Source: Candidatus Ryanbacteria bacterium (GTDB lineage: Bacteria > Patescibacteriota > Minisyncoccia > Ryanbacterales > GWA2-47-10b). Taken from it: DNA of 47,324 bases. The translations under genes and the position numbers were made by a program. Every line of letters starts with the position of its first letter. Within the stretch, counting starts at the first letter, position 1. Below, in pieces: positions 46,673 to 47,324 of the stretch. The DNA lies in the NCBI GenBank assembly GCA_009691385.1, contig SICQ01000002.1, positions 1-47,324 on the forward strand, in the 5' to 3' direction. A model generated the notes under the pieces. That model was not told the origin of the DNA and made no database searches. It saw only the letters and a list, made by a program, of their open reading frames with translations.

Positions 46673-47324
46673 TCTCCACTCTGTCACGATTCATAACCCG
46701 CAGCGTAGCGTTTGTGCGCGACAATCCGCAGCTTGTCTATACGCTTTTTTTGGTCATCACGCTCCCACTCGCTTTTTTATGGACCGCGGAAAAATTTCTT
46801 GAAGTAAGCGCGCGCAACCAAGAGCGCCTTGAGGAAGACCGTATCGGCACGATGCATGATGTGTTTGTAGGTTTTGCCCGTGATCACATGAATGATCCGG
46901 CGTTTCTTGCCGTACGCATCGCCGAATTTGCCCGTCAAAACGAATCATTTGTAGAAATGCGCATCGTAGATTATCCCGATCACACCATCGTCGCGTCACG
47001 AGACAGCGAAGAACTTGGCTCGCCCGATAGCCAGTACGCTGACTATTACACGCTCGCAGGACCCGAGAGTGAGACGCTTGTATTTGAAAATGTAAAAAAT
47101 AATATCCGCTATCGCCCCGCCTTTCGAGCTATCGTCGATACGAACGGACAGATGCTCGGACATCTCATGACCAATACTTCTATGGAGCATATCGACGCCT
47201 TGTCCGCGCAAAACATCCGACGCGCCTACCTGCTCCTTATTGCTATCATTGTAGCGCTCGTAGTGTTACTCGCACGCCACGCGCGCATTATTGACTACAC
47301 CGTACTGTATCGTCGACTCAAAGA
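46669..47324 (+). CDS. Probable sensor histidine kinase, N-terminal sensing part (runs off the right edge)
   Basis: ATGA overlap with the upstream gene; frame open to the window end; TM-extracellular domain-TM, then IDYTVLYRRLK where a HisKA helix would begin. Kinase motifs are not inside the window. Confidence 0.65.
   Translation, partial: MISTLSRFITRSVAFVRDNPQLVYTLFLVITLPLAFLWTAEKFLEVSARNQERLEEDRIGTMHDVFVGFARDHMNDPAFLAVRIAEFARQNESFVEMRIVDYPDHTIVASRDSEELGSPDSQYADYYTLAGPESETLVFENVKNNIRYRPAFRAIVDTNGQMLGHLMTNTSMEHIDALSAQNIRRAYLLLIAIIVALVVLLARHARIIDYTVLYRRLK

Noticed and set aside
1..47324. CRISPR arrays, IS elements, rRNA genes and stop-codon reassignment
   Set aside because: No repeat-spacer arrays, transposase motifs or rRNA sequence seen. 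Conserved genes are full length under the standard code and TGA is used as a stop.

Overview
A 47 kb stretch of core chromosome from a reduced-genome bacterium. Gene content and style point to Patescibacteria/CPR, probably Parcubacteria (inference). Housekeeping content: dprA-topA-rel, parB, tRNA-Leu(CAA), folD/glyA/tsaC, five aminoacyl-tRNA synthetases (leuS, metG, glyQS, ileS, argS), tatD, recO, smpB plus tmRNA, infC-rpmI-rplT, a udg/polX/Nudix repair group, ndk, a surface protein and a partial sensor kinase. I saw no integrase, transposase, CRISPR array or rRNA. The most striking pattern is two gene-expression grammars side by side. About 14 resident genes have a TAnnnT -10 box 6-7 nt before the ATG and no Shine-Dalgarno (SD), which implies leaderless mRNAs. 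About 10 scattered, mostly GC-richer orphan genes instead have a strong AGGAG/GAGGTG SD and usually their own -35/-10 promoter and intrinsic terminator. An unannotated intergenic RNA candidate (about 40097-40279) is rich in anti-SD (CACCUCC, UCCC) motifs and could regulate the SD-led class; this is a hypothesis. Other oddities: IleRS has an inserted histidine-phosphatase domain and a non-canonical GLHH motif; the family-4 UDG lacks its Fe-S cysteines and ends in a clamp-binding-like QVSLF; there is a stand-alone FtsK-gamma/Zn-finger protein; and PolX has a degenerate PHP motif. All product calls come from motif recognition by eye; no database searches were run.
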